Source: Thecamonas trahens ATCC 50062
Taxonomy: Eukaryota; Protista; Apusomonadida
Direction of reading: 5' to 3'
Assembly (NCBI RefSeq): GCF_000142905.1
Contig: NW_013657646.1
Span: 247,324 to 311,323 of the forward strand
DNA: 64,000 nt
How positions within the stretch are numbered: position 1 is the first letter of the stretch; every line of letters starts with the position of its first letter. Made by a program: the position numbers and the translations under genes. Positions 30,162 to 41,080 of this stretch are shown here, piece after piece. The notes under the pieces are model-generated. The model was not told the origin of the DNA. It ran no database searches and saw nothing but the letters and a program-made list of their open reading frames with translations.

Positions 30162-33100
30162 ATGTACTGGGTGTGCTACATGGCGGTAGTCCTCGTGGCT
30201 GGTCTTGCCACAGCCCAGACAACCGGTACGCATCGTGGGTTTCCCCCCTCCCTCCTCCCGAAGGAGATAGTGGTTGGCGCCGCTGGCGTGGGGGCTGACA
30301 CGGCGGGGTGGCGTTCCCCGACCCTTTTTCTTCCACCGCCACACCCTTGCAAGGCAAGGGGGTACGTGGAAGGCTAGGGCGCTGAGGGAAGACAACGCTG
30401 TTGTTAGGGGGGGAAAGGGGGCAGGGGGGGCAGGGGGGGGGGGGGGGTACTTACCCATGCATGTGTGGTGGTGGTGGTCCGGGCATGGGCTGCAGAAATC
30501 GAGAAGACGTACTACGTCGGCGTAGCCACGTCGGCTGGTGTGCCTGGCTTTGGGCATCCGGGTCCCTCGTCCAGTGCGCCCAACTACCTCGGACTCTCTG
30601 AGACCTCGGGTGGACCGTACAACGTCCTTGCCGCACCCATCTTTACCCGCGATCGCAAGTACCAGTTTGTCATCGAAGGCACGGCGACGTTCTACCTCTC
30701 GACTTCGTCGAGTGGCGGCAACCCGGGCGTGGACGCCATCAACCCGTCGTCGCCCAGCGACGTGGTGACCGGCGGCACTTGGAGCGGAAACGCGCATGTG
30801 GGACAGGCCGGAGACACGCTTGTGTTTTCGCCGACAACGACGACGACGCCAGACTCGTTCTACTACCAGGATGCAGTCGAGACGAGCATGGGGTACTTTG
30901 CTCAGGCCATCGACTGCGTGTCGATTGACCCGTCGCCGGTCAAGCTTCTCTCGCCGGCCAACGGGACGACCAACTTTCGGATCGGCACACCGCTGGTGTG
31001 GGAGCCTGTGGCGTCGTTTGGCCGGCGGTGCCCGGGCGATCCGTTGCAGGGCGGCGTGAGTGCGGCCGACGTGACGGCCGGCAAGTACCCGCAGTACCGG
31101 ATTCTGTTTGCCGAAGGCCGCGGAGTGCTGGATGTGGCGGCGAATCTGACGCTGGCGCCTGCGCAAGGCCTTCGCGACATTGCGCCTGACGTGCCGCAGT
31201 ATCCGCTGACGTCTGCATCGATAGTGCCCGGGCGGACGTACTCGTGGGCGATTCTGGCGCTCAATGGGGCGCGGTCGTCGATCTCGCCGACGTTCACCTT
31301 TACGACGCAGGTCGAGGAGGTGCCGGTCAACGGAACGACGCTGGACAACGGCGGCGTGCTGCAGGACCGAATTTTCCCGGATGTGCCGGCGTCGTTCTCC
31401 AAGTACAAGTACTACTCGATTGACGTGGACTCGCCGGGCGGGACGCTTCTCATTGTGGGCTCTGCGTCACCGCTGCAGGTGGCGAACGCGCCGTCGCAGG
31501 GCGCCATCAACCTGTTTGTCACGGCCTTTAACGTCACGCACCCGCAGCAGACGATCAAGCAGCCTACAGCGGCCGGCGGACGGTTCCAGTTCCGGTCGCA
31601 GGAGGACGTGTCGCTGACCTCACGGAGGTCGGTCCGCGTGCCTGTTGCGGACGCGCCGGTGTACTACATCGGCGTAGAGGCGTCGGGCGGGTCGGCCACG
31701 TTTGCGCTCACGGCGCTGTATCAGTGCCCGCTCACGTCTGTGCAGAACTCGGCGTCCGGCACGGCGTGCACGGCGTGTCCGGTCAACATGGAGGCGCTGT
31801 TTCCGGGCGCCGTCGGGGCACCGTCGGCGGCCTGCCGGTGCCAGAAGGGCTTCTACGGGCCTGTGGGTGGGCCGTGCACGCGGTGCCCGCGCGGCGGCGT
31901 GTGCGACGGCTCGGAGCTGCCGTCGGGCACGGTCGGGTTCTGGGCGTCGCCGGACGACCGGTCGTTCTTCTTCACCTGCCCGCTGCCGTCGTCGTGCCTG
32001 GGAGGGCCAGACTCGCGGTGCGAGGAGGGCTACGAGGGCCGGCTCTGCTCCAACTGCAAGAGCGGGTACTACAAGCTCAACTCGCAGTGCTACAAGTGCC
32101 CGTCGTCACCTGGGGTCACGTTTTTCTTTGGCATCGCCATCCTCGGCCTCTTCCTTGTTCTCTGCGTCGAGCTGGCGCGGTGGTACCGCAAGATCTCGTC
32201 GGTCACGGTCTCGATCAACTTTATCCAAACGGTGGCCATTCTCCCGCTGTACCAGCTCAAGTGGCCGCAGTATATCAAGGTCTTCTTCAACGACCTCTCA
32301 GGCTTCAACCTCAACCCGCAGCTGACTGCTCCCGAGTGCTCGTTCACCGGCATGTCGTGGTCGCAGCAGTGGATCTTCACCATGTTCTTCCCTGCCCTTG
32401 TGGCCGCGTTTATGAGTGTGGTGTACGTCGTTGTCTGGCTGCTCCGCCAGTGGCAGCTGGCCAAGTCGTACGAGCGGCCGATCAAGACCTCGCGGGCGTG
32501 GGACATTATTGTGCCGACGTACGTCACTTTCCTGCTCTTCTTCTACATCTCGATTTCGCAGGCCACCGTCTCGTTCTTTGACTGCACCGAGCAGGGCGAC
32601 AACACGTTTACCCTCGACGCGTCGGCAGACATCCTCTGCTACTCGTCTGATTGGTTCACCCTCCTCCCGCTGGCCGTCCTCGGCTTCCTCATCTACGTCA
32701 TTGGTATCCCAGTTGCGCTCTTCTCGGCGCTGTACATTCGCAAGAACAAGCTCTACGACGTCTCACGCAAGGGCCAGCAGATGTACCGCTGGCTCGGCCC
32801 GGTCTACCTCCGGTTCCATGTCCGATACTACTGGTGGGAGATGGTGGTCTTTGCGCGCAAGCTCTTCCTCATCGCCGCCGGCTCGTTCCTCACCGGCTTT
32901 ACACTCTTTCAGTCGGTCACCGCCGTCTTTATCCTTGTCGTTGCCCTGTGGATCCAGCTCCTGGTCTACCCGTTTGCCTACCAAAAGGCCAACTGGCTCG
33001 AGGCTCTGCTCAACTTTGCCCTCATTGTCCTCTTCCTCATGGGCATCCTCTTCCAGTCGGGCACCCTTCCCGACGCCTCGGGCATGCCCGAGTTCATCTT

Positions 33101-33326
33101 TGGCGTCGCCGTTGTCCTCTTTACCGTCTGCCTCGCCGCTGCGCTCTACTGCGTCGGCTGCGAGCTCCGCGACGTCTACCGGCCCATCACTGACGAGGAC
33201 CTGCTCATCATGCAGAAGCAGCTCGGCAAGCACGAGCTCGAGCACGCCCACTCGACCGCCGACGTCTCGGTTGCCCGCGAGGCCCCGACCCTTGTTGACG
33301 AGGACTTTTCCGACGACGAGTCGTAG
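30162..33326 (+). CDS. Cell-surface multi-pass membrane protein: beta-rich ectodomain, GCC2/GCC3-like Cys-rich region, ~9 TM; intron 30226-30495
   Basis: Signal-peptide exon with GTACGC donor and CAG acceptor in phase 1. C..CP.G..C..GFW..C..GYEGRLC..C..GYY..C.KC. TM domain with INFIQ, C.S..W, YYWWE....RK, PF....N.LE motifs of a widespread protist family. Confidence 0.82.
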
Positions 33327-33475
33327 CCATAGTGTGCAGTGAGTGAGGCCTTGAACATATCACGATGTGGATAGTGGGCGCACAGCAGGGGTGGGGCGGG
33401 GAGGCGGTGGACGGGTGGCAAAGGTTCGCGACAGAGGCTTCAGCACCCGTCTTTGTGGATAGGAGGAGAAGGACC

Positions 33476-35671
33476 ATGGGGAAGGACAGTTCGGCAAAGA
33501 GTAGGTGTGCAAGGGGGAGGGGTGGAAGGGGGCGGGGCGGGGGTGGGGGAGGGGAGTGATGGNNNNNNNNNNNNNNNNNNNNNNNNNNNNNNNNNNNNNN
33601 NNNNNNNNNNNNNNNNNNNNNNNNNNNNNNNNNNNNNNNNNNNNNNNNNNNNNNNNNNNNNNNNNNNNNNNNNNNNNNNNNNNNNNNNNNNNNNNNNNNN
33701 NNNNNNNNNNNNNNNNNNNNNNNNNNNNNNNNNNNNNNNNNNAAAAGGATCTGTCCAGAATGGGGGGCTAGCGTGGAAGTGATAAAAAGCCAGGCCTGAA
33801 GTTGGGGACAAGAGGAGCGCCGGCGCCGGGGCGACGCGGGGGGGTGGGGGGCTCGGAGGGGGGCGGGGTGGCGGCGAATGGCTCACGGCTTCGATGGCGT
33901 GGGGGGCGGGGGGGGTCATGGTCGGGTGATGCGACGGGCGGCAGGCCGGATGGGGGTCATTGCGGAGATCATTGCCGGGCTGAAGAGAGAGTTTGGCTCG
34001 CGTGGGGTGCTGAACAAGCGCAAAGCCAAGAGCAATGAGAGCAAGAGCAAGAGCAGCGGGCCGGGCGATGTGAGCAGCAAGGTGGAGGCGATCATTGGCG
34101 ACGTGTGCCGCAAGCACGCGCTGCCGTCGTACCCAAAGAGGGTGGAGCTGATTGCGGCGGTGGCGCCCGAGGATCAGGACCTGTTGTTCCCGCTGCTGAA
34201 GGCGCGGCCGGTGCGGACGGCGTCGGGCATTGCTGTGGTGGCCGTCATGTCCAAGCCGCACCGCTGCCCGCACATTGCCATGACCGGCAACATCTGCGTG
34301 TACTGCCCGGGCGGGCCGGACTCGGACTTTGAGTACTCGACGCAGAGCTACACAGGGTACGAGCCGACGTCGATGCGGGCCATTCGCGCGCGGTACTCGC
34401 CGTATCTGCAAACGCGGAACCGGGTTGACCAGCTGCTGAGGCTCGGTCACTCGGTGGAAAAGGTCGAGTTTATTGTCATGGGCGGGACCTTCATGTCGCT
34501 CGACGCCGGCTACCGCGACTACTTTATCCGCAACCTACACGACGCCCTCTCGGGTCATGCGTCGAGCTCGGTCGCCGAGGCTGTCGCCTACTCGGAGCAG
34601 TCGCGGGTCAAGTGCATCGGCATCACCATCGAGACCCGCCCCGACTACTGTCTCAAGCCGCACCTGGCAGACATGCTGGCGTACGGATGCACGCGAATCG
34701 AGATGGGTGTGCAGGCCATTTACGAGGATGTGGCGCGCGATACCAACCGCGGCCACACTGTGGCTGCCGTCTGCGAGGCCTTTCAGCTCGCCAAGGACGC
34801 CGGCTTCAAGGTCGTCTCGCACATGATGCCCGACCTGCCCAACTGCTCGCTCGACCGCGACCTTGCCGGCTTCACCGAGCTCTTTGCCAACCCTGCGTTC
34901 CGGCCCGACGGCCTCAAGATTTACCCGACCCTCGTCATCCGCGGGACCGGCCTGTACGAGCTGTGGCGGACCGGGCGGTACTCCAACTACACGCCCGAGG
35001 AGCTGGTCGACGTTGTGGCACGGCTCCTGGCCCTTGTCCCGCCGTGGACCCGGGTCTACCGCGTCCAGCGCGACATCCCGATGCCACTGGTCTCATCGGG
35101 GGTGGAGCACGGCAACTTGCGCGAGCTGGCCATGGCACGGCTCGCCGACCTCGGCTACGCCTGCCGCGACGTCCGCTCGCGTGAGGTCGGCATCAAGGCC
35201 ATCACCGACCAGGTCCGGCCGCACCATGTCGAGCTTGTGCGTCGCGACTATGTGGCCAATGGTGGATGGGAGACGTTCCTCGCCTACGAGGATCCCGAGC
35301 AGGACATCCTTGTCGGTCTCTTGCGGCTGCGCAAGGCGTCGCCGGCGGCGTTCCGGCCAGAGATGACCGCCGGCCCGACCTCGATCGTCCGCGAGCTGCA
35401 CGTCTACGGCTCGGCTGTTCCACTCCACTCGCGCGATCCGACCAAGTTCCAGCACCAGGGCTTTGGCACCCTCCTCATGGAGGAGGCCGAGCGCATCGCC
35501 GTCGCCGAGCACGGCTCGACCAAGATGGTGGTCATTGCCGGCGTCGGCACCCGCCAGTACTACCGGCGCCTCGGCTACGAGCTCGAGGGCCCGTACATGG
35601 TCAAGGCACTCAGCAAGGGCGACATCGAGCATGGCGAGTGGTGTGAGCCCGAGTTGGACTGGTGCAGCTGA
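33476..35671 (+). CDS. ELP3: Elongator complex protein 3 (radical SAM + KAT); first exon inferred (33476-33500), main exon from 33945
   Basis: [71 protein letters not shown]. 5' exon is uncertain because of an N gap. Confidence 0.96.
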
Positions 35672-35786
35672 ATGAAAGCGAGGCCAGCACAGCCGCCTGT
35701 CGGGGTTGGGGAGGGCGGCCAAGTGGCCAGGAAGGGGGGGGGAGCAAGCAAGCCTGCAGACTCGACTGCGACCGCGAGGTAGCAAC

Positions 35787-37010
35787 ATGACATGGGCTTG
35801 CGGCTGCAGCGGTGTGGGGCCGGGACGTAGTGGCCGGGCCCGGCTGGGAGCGCTTGCGGTGGCGCTTGCGGTGGCGTTGGTGGTGGCTGCCGGGCGGCGG
35901 GCCGAGGGCACGGCTCTGCTTCCTGCCGACGGGCCGATTCCGTCGGCTGTTCTGGCGCTGGTGGCCGGAAACGATGGCGATGGTCTGGCGAGTGCGGTGC
36001 GGCGGATGGAAGGCGGCGAGTGGGCCCGCATGCTGCGGGAAACGGTCCCGGTCCCTGATCACAATCTGCAGGCTGTAGGCCTTGTTCACATCGCCGCCCT
36101 CAACGGGCATCTGTCCGTCCTCAAGCGGCTGGTGCAGCTTGGGGCGGATCTGCTGCTGCCTGCTGGCGATGGTGCAACGGTGCTGGATGCCGCTGTCCAG
36201 GAAGGCCACGAGGCCATTGCCCGCTGGCTTCTGGTCCCGGGCACCGATCGCCGGCGCGCGCTTGCGCACGCTCCGCCGCGGTCGACCGGCTGGTCGGTCC
36301 TGCACATGGCAGCCGAGCGCGGCGACACCGGAGTTGTGCAGCTTCTGATAGATGCCGGCGCGGATGTCAACTATGCGCGCGAGGGCGTGACGCCGGCGTT
36401 CTCGGCGGCGCTCGGTGGACACTTGCAGGCTCTGCAGAGTCTGCTGCGTGCGGGTGCTGACGTCAACGCCGGGCCGTCATCATCGGGCGCGTACATTGTC
36501 CACGCGGCGGCGTCGTCGGGAAGCACGGCAGTTGTGGCGGCGGTTGTCGAGGCTGGCGCTGACGTCAACGCGCGGCTGCCGTCGGGAATCACGCCGCTGC
36601 ACATTGCGGCCGAGGCTGGTGCGGGGCAAGTTGTCGAGCTCCTCTTGGCGACGCCCGGCGTGGTGGCAGCAGCCAAGACCGACGCCGGGCACACTCCGCG
36701 CGACCTTGCTATCATTCACAAGCACGAGGCGCTAGACAAGATCTTCCGCAAGGCCGGCGTGACGTCGTCGGTCAAGGCGACGTACGTCAAGGCCTCGTTC
36801 TCCACCACGCTCCTCAAGCTCGGGCTCGGCACTTTTGGCGTGTTTATCGGCCCGCTGCTGGCGTGCAAGGCGGTGCGATGTGGGGTGCTCGCGGCAGCCG
36901 GTCGAGAGGCAAGGGCCAGTGTAGACCAGGCTCGGAAGAGCGATAGAGGAGTCGGCGCAAGCAGCGTACGTAGCAAGCCGAGCGCGCGACGGCGGAAGAA
37001 ACTCCGATGA
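35787..37010 (+). CDS. Ankyrin-repeat protein with N-terminal hydrophobic segment and C-terminal TM
   Basis: About 7 ankyrin repeats (GWSVLHMAA, GADVN, GITPLHIAA, GHTPRDLA). Confidence 0.85.
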   Translation: MTWACGCSGVGPGRSGRARLGALAVALAVALVVAAGRRAEGTALLPADGPIPSAVLALVAGNDGDGLASAVRRMEGGEWARMLRETVPVPDHNLQAVGLVHIAALNGHLSVLKRLVQLGADLLLPAGDGATVLDAAVQEGHEAIARWLLVPGTDRRRALAHAPPRSTGWSVLHMAAERGDTGVVQLLIDAGADVNYAREGVTPAFSAALGGHLQALQSLLRAGADVNAGPSSSGAYIVHAAASSGSTAVVAAVVEAGADVNARLPSGITPLHIAAEAGAGQVVELLLATPGVVAAAKTDAGHTPRDLAIIHKHEALDKIFRKAGVTSSVKATYVKASFSTTLLKLGLGTFGVFIGPLLACKAVRCGVLAAAGREARASVDQARKSDRGVGASSVRSKPSARRRKKLR

Positions 37011-37023
37011 AAGACCAGCGGGA

Positions 37024-37674
37024 TCAGGCCGAGACCTGGGCGTCGGGCATGTTGTCCGGGTGCGCGGCCTTGAAGGCTTCAATCTCGTTGAGAGCGGCGT
37101 CGATGCGGGCGATGATGGGGTACTTGGTCTCGACGTCGATGCCGAAGCGACGGGCGTTGTAGACCTGCGGGACGAGGCAGGCGTCGGCGAGCGAGAGCTC
37201 GTCGCCAATGCAGTAGTTCCCGGCGTGCTTTGCCAGAAAGGCCTCGAGGGCATCAAAGCCGGTGGCGATCCAGTGAGCGCCCCACTCGATCTTGCGGTCC
37301 ATACCGACGTACTTGAGGACGCGGAGGTTCTGGACGGGCTGGATGTCTGCAGCGATCATGGCCACGGCCTGGCGGACGTAGGCCCTGGCGAGCGGATCCT
37401 CAGGAAGGAGCTTGGGCGCGTCCGGATAGGCCTCCTCCAGGAACTCGAGAATGGCGGTGGACTGGCCGATGACGGTTCCGTCGGCAAGAACAAGGGCAGG
37501 GAGCAGCTTGGACGGGTTGAGCTCGGTGTACCCGTCCTCGGTCTGCTCACCGGCAAGCAGCGAGACGGCGTGATACGTGTATGCCAGCGACTTGTGGGCG
37601 AGGGCAATGCGGACGCGGTACGAGCACGACGACCGCCAGTACGAGTACAGCTGGAGTTCTTCAGACGACGACAT
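37024..37674 (-). CDS. GSTZ1: Glutathione S-transferase zeta / maleylacetoacetate isomerase
   Basis: LYSYWRSSCSYRVRIAL, NP...LPAL, QS.AI.E.LEE, DIQPVQNL, ADACLVPQVYNARRF, AHPDNMPD. Confidence 0.95.
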   Translation of the reverse strand: MSSSEELQLYSYWRSSCSYRVRIALAHKSLAYTYHAVSLLAGEQTEDGYTELNPSKLLPALVLADGTVIGQSTAILEFLEEAYPDAPKLLPEDPLARAYVRQAVAMIAADIQPVQNLRVLKYVGMDRKIEWGAHWIATGFDALEAFLAKHAGNYCIGDELSLADACLVPQVYNARRFGIDVETKYPIIARIDAALNEIEAFKAAHPDNMPDAQVSA

Positions 37675-38199
37675 GGTTTGGGGTGGGGGTTGGGTGGGGT
37701 GTGGTTGGTAGGGGGGGAGGGGTGGGGGTGGTGGGAGGGGGGGGGGGGGAGCATCCAATATAACTATTCATNNNNNNNNNNNNNNNNNNNNNNNNNNNNN
37801 NNNNNNNNNNNNNNNNNNNNNNNNNNNNNNNNNNNNNNNNNNNNNNNNNNNNNNNNNNNNNNNNNNNNNNNNNNNNNNNNNNNNNNNNNNNNNNNNNNNN
37901 NNNNNNNNNNNNNNNNNNNNNNNNNNNNNNNNNNNNNNNNNNNNNNNNNNNNNNNNNNNNNNNNNNNNNNNNNNNNNNNNNNNNNNNNNNNNNNNNNNNN
38001 NNNNNNNNNNNNNNNNNNNNNNNNNNNNNNNNNNNNNNNNNNNNNNNNNNNNNNNNNNNNNNNNNNNNNNNNNNNNNNNNNNNNNNNNNNNNNNGGGGGG
38101 GGCGGGGGGAGGGGGGGGGGGAGGGGGGGGGGGGGGGAGTTTGGTGGTGGAGGTGGTAGTAGTAAGGGGTGTGGTGGGGGGGGGGGGGCGGACAGATGC

Positions 38200-38493
38200 C
38201 TAGAACAGTGCCTCACCAGGATATCTGGGGAAGGGGATGACGTCGCGGATGTTGCCAAGGCCGGTGCAGAGGAGGACGAGGCGCTCAAAGCCGACGCCAA
38301 AGCCCGAGTGGACGACCGAACCAAACTTGCGGAGGTCGAGGTACCACCAGTAGGGCTCGAGCGGCATGTTGTCCTCCTTGAGGCGCTCGACGAGGACGTC
38401 GTAGCGCTCTTCACGCTGCGAGCCGCCCATCAGCTCGCCGACGAGCGGGCAGAGGACGTCCATGGCGGCGACGGTAGGCGCGGGAGCCTCGGG

Positions 38494-38532
<39 letters not shown>

Positions 38533-40880
38533 AGGGTAGTTGTAGACGATGGTCGGCATGTTGTAGACCTGCTCGCAGAGGTAGCGCTCATGCTCCGAGG
38601 CAAGGTCGATGCCCCACTCGACCTTTTTCTCGAACGAGACGTCGCCGGCGGCGATGGCAGCCTCGAGGACGCGGATGGCCTCAGTGTAGGTGATGCGGGT
38701 AAAGTCCGACTCGACAATGTTGTAAAGGCGGTCGATGAGGCCCGGCGCCACGTACTGGTCAAACACGTTGATCTCCTCGGAGCACTTGGCCATGACGGTC
38801 GAGACGCAGTGCTTGAGGTAGTCCTCGGCGCACGCCATGTTGTCGTGGATGTCAGCAAAGGCAAGCTCGGGCTCGATCATCCAGAACTCGGCAAGGTGGC
38901 GCGAGGTGTGCGAGTTCTCGGCGCGGAAGGTCGGGCCAAAGGTGTAGACCGACGAGAGGCCGGCGCAGTACGTCTCGACGTTGAGCTGGCCCGAGACGGT
39001 GAGCATGGCCGGCTTGGAGAAAAAGTCCTGCGCGTAGTCGACGTGGCCGTCGTCGGTGGCCGGAATCTCCGAGACCAAGCCATCCTCCTTGAGGAGCGTG
39101 GTAACGCGGAACATTTCACCGGCGCCCTCGCAGTCGGACGCCGTGATGAGTGGCGTGTGGACGTACTGACAGCCGATGCCCTGGAAGAACTCGTGGGTGG
39201 CCATGGCGAGGACGTTGCGGACGCGCGCGGCGGCGCCGACCACCTTGGTCCGCACACGCAGGTGCGCCAGCGGCCACATGGTCTCAAGCTTGATTCGCGA
39301 CTTGGCCAGCGGGTACTCGTCGGGGGAGCACTCGCCGAGAATCTCCACCGTCGTCGCCTTGATCTCCACCGCCTGGTTCTTACCGGGCGACTCGACAATG
39401 GTGCCGACGACCTTGAGCGACGCACCCGTCGCCGCCGCCTGAAGCTCAGCGAACCCGATCTTGTCCTCCTCCACAATGACCTGCAGGCCCTTGATGGTGG
39501 AACCGTCGACAAGCTCCACAAACGCCATGGTCGTCTGCTTGCGGATGGTGCGGACCCAGCCGGCGACCGTGACCGGCGCGCCGGACCACTTGAGCCCGGC
39601 CGAGAGCACGTGCCGCACCGACGTCCGCTGCGAGTACTTGAGCGTCACCGGCGCGTCTGGCAGCGTCGCCGGGTCGTCGAGCGTGACAGGGAGCGTGCGG
39701 ACCGACTTGGCCGGCGCAGCGTCAGTACCGTCGGGCGCCGACGCGCCGGCCTTGCCACCGGCCTTGCCACCGGCCTTGCCACCGGCCTTGCCGCCAGCCT
39801 TGCCACCAGCCTTGCCGCCCTTCTTGCCGCCCTTCTTGCCGCCCTTCTTGCCGCTGGCCGCCGCCGCGATGTCGGCCTCGGTCATCGGGCCGAGCGCCTC
39901 GGCCATCTTGGCCTGGAGAATAGTCTCGACTGCATCGCTATCCACGAAAGGCAGCGAGCGCATGACCTGGCCCTTGAGCTTGGTCGCCTTGATCTGGTAG
40001 CGGAGCTTGGCGAGGTCGTCGGCGTTGTCGGCGAGGGTCTTGGCCACCGCCGCCGCAATCTCGTCGTCGGTGTACGAGACGCCCACGCCGGTCGTCTGCT
40101 CAAAGTCGGCCACGTCGAGTTCATCGACGGGCATCTCCTTGGCCTTCTTCAGCCACTTGGTTGCGGCCTTGAACTGCGACTTGCGGATTCGCTCGTCGGC
40201 CACGTACTGCGCGAGGAACACCAGGTGCTCATCGGCCACCATCTTCTTGGCCGCCTTGGCCACCTCGCCGAGCAGCTTGCGAGCCTCCTCAGACTCGGGC
40301 GTGCCGACCTAGGAGGTTGATCAGCAGTGTGGTGTCGGGTGGTGTGTCGGGTGATCGGGTGGTATGTCGGGTGATCGGGTGGCGTGTCGGGTGTCGTGTC
40401 GGGTGTCGTGTCGGGTGTCATATCGAGTTGGTCGGGTGTTGTGTCGTGCCGGGTGTCGTCGTGTCGGGTGTCGTGTCGGGTTGGTCGATATCCATGTCAG
40501 AGTGACCGTGTGAGTGAGTGCAGACGCGACCACAGACACCACGGGCGAGAGCAAGAGAGCAGGGGGAGAAGGGGGGGGGGGAGGGGGAGGGGAGGGGAGG
40601 GGAGGGGAGGGGAGGGGAGGGGAGGGGAGGGGGAGGGGGAGGGGGGGAGGGGTGCGGGTGCCCGGCACGGTGGCCATGGACAATGCAGGGGAGAGTGCAT
40701 CCAACCAGGGGGAACGGGGGAGGGGAAGAGCGCAAAGGGGGAAGGGGAGGGCGGGGAGAGACGGGAGGCACATACCGCAGCATGGATGACAAGAAGGGCC
40801 TGGGTAAGGTCGGTGTTGTCGATAGTGTCAGGGGCGAGACCCAGGTCGGCAATGACAGCCTTGGCGTGATCAGCGTCCAT
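38200..40880 (-). CDS. Asparaginyl-tRNA synthetase with GlnRS-type N-terminal domain; exons 40880-40776 and 40308-38200
   Basis: OB-fold GWVRTIR..F..L.DGS. LTVSGQL, YTFGPTFRAENSHTSRHLAEFWMIEPE, GGSQRE, HSGFGVGFERL, PFPR. Phase-0 intron GTATGT...TAG. Confidence 0.93.
40330..40650. repeat. Intronic repeats: degenerate GTGTCGG-type units (40330-40480) and (GGGGA)n (40581-40650)
   Basis: Directly visible inside the AsnRS intron. Confidence 0.85.
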
Positions 40881-41080
40881 GGTTGTGGTCGGTGAAGCGG
40901 AGTGGTGGCTCGCCTTGGGGATCATCCTCTGCTTGCCATGGCTCGCTCTCGATCAGCTTCGGCTTTTCGATAGTCTTTTGTTCTGGATTGGCCGGTCGGC
41001 TGCCCATCGAAACATCGACTGTTCCACCACTCTCTCATCTCGACAGCTGCGATTGGAACGTTCTACGGGGTTTTCATCAA

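Noticed and set aside
34240-34310. ELP3 VMSKPHRC instead of VMCKPHRC
   Set aside because: The three Fe-S ligand cysteines (C-x9-C-x2-C) are intact, and I recall Ser at this position in other eukaryotic ELP3s.
37060-40320. 1086-aa plus-strand ORF and many other long overlapping ORFs
   Set aside because: Antisense shadows of real genes in GC3-rich DNA; this one also runs through an N gap.
40330-40480. Short repeated units resembling a CRISPR-like or telomeric array
   Set aside because: Degenerate intronic minisatellite with no unique spacers and no TTAGGG-type unit.
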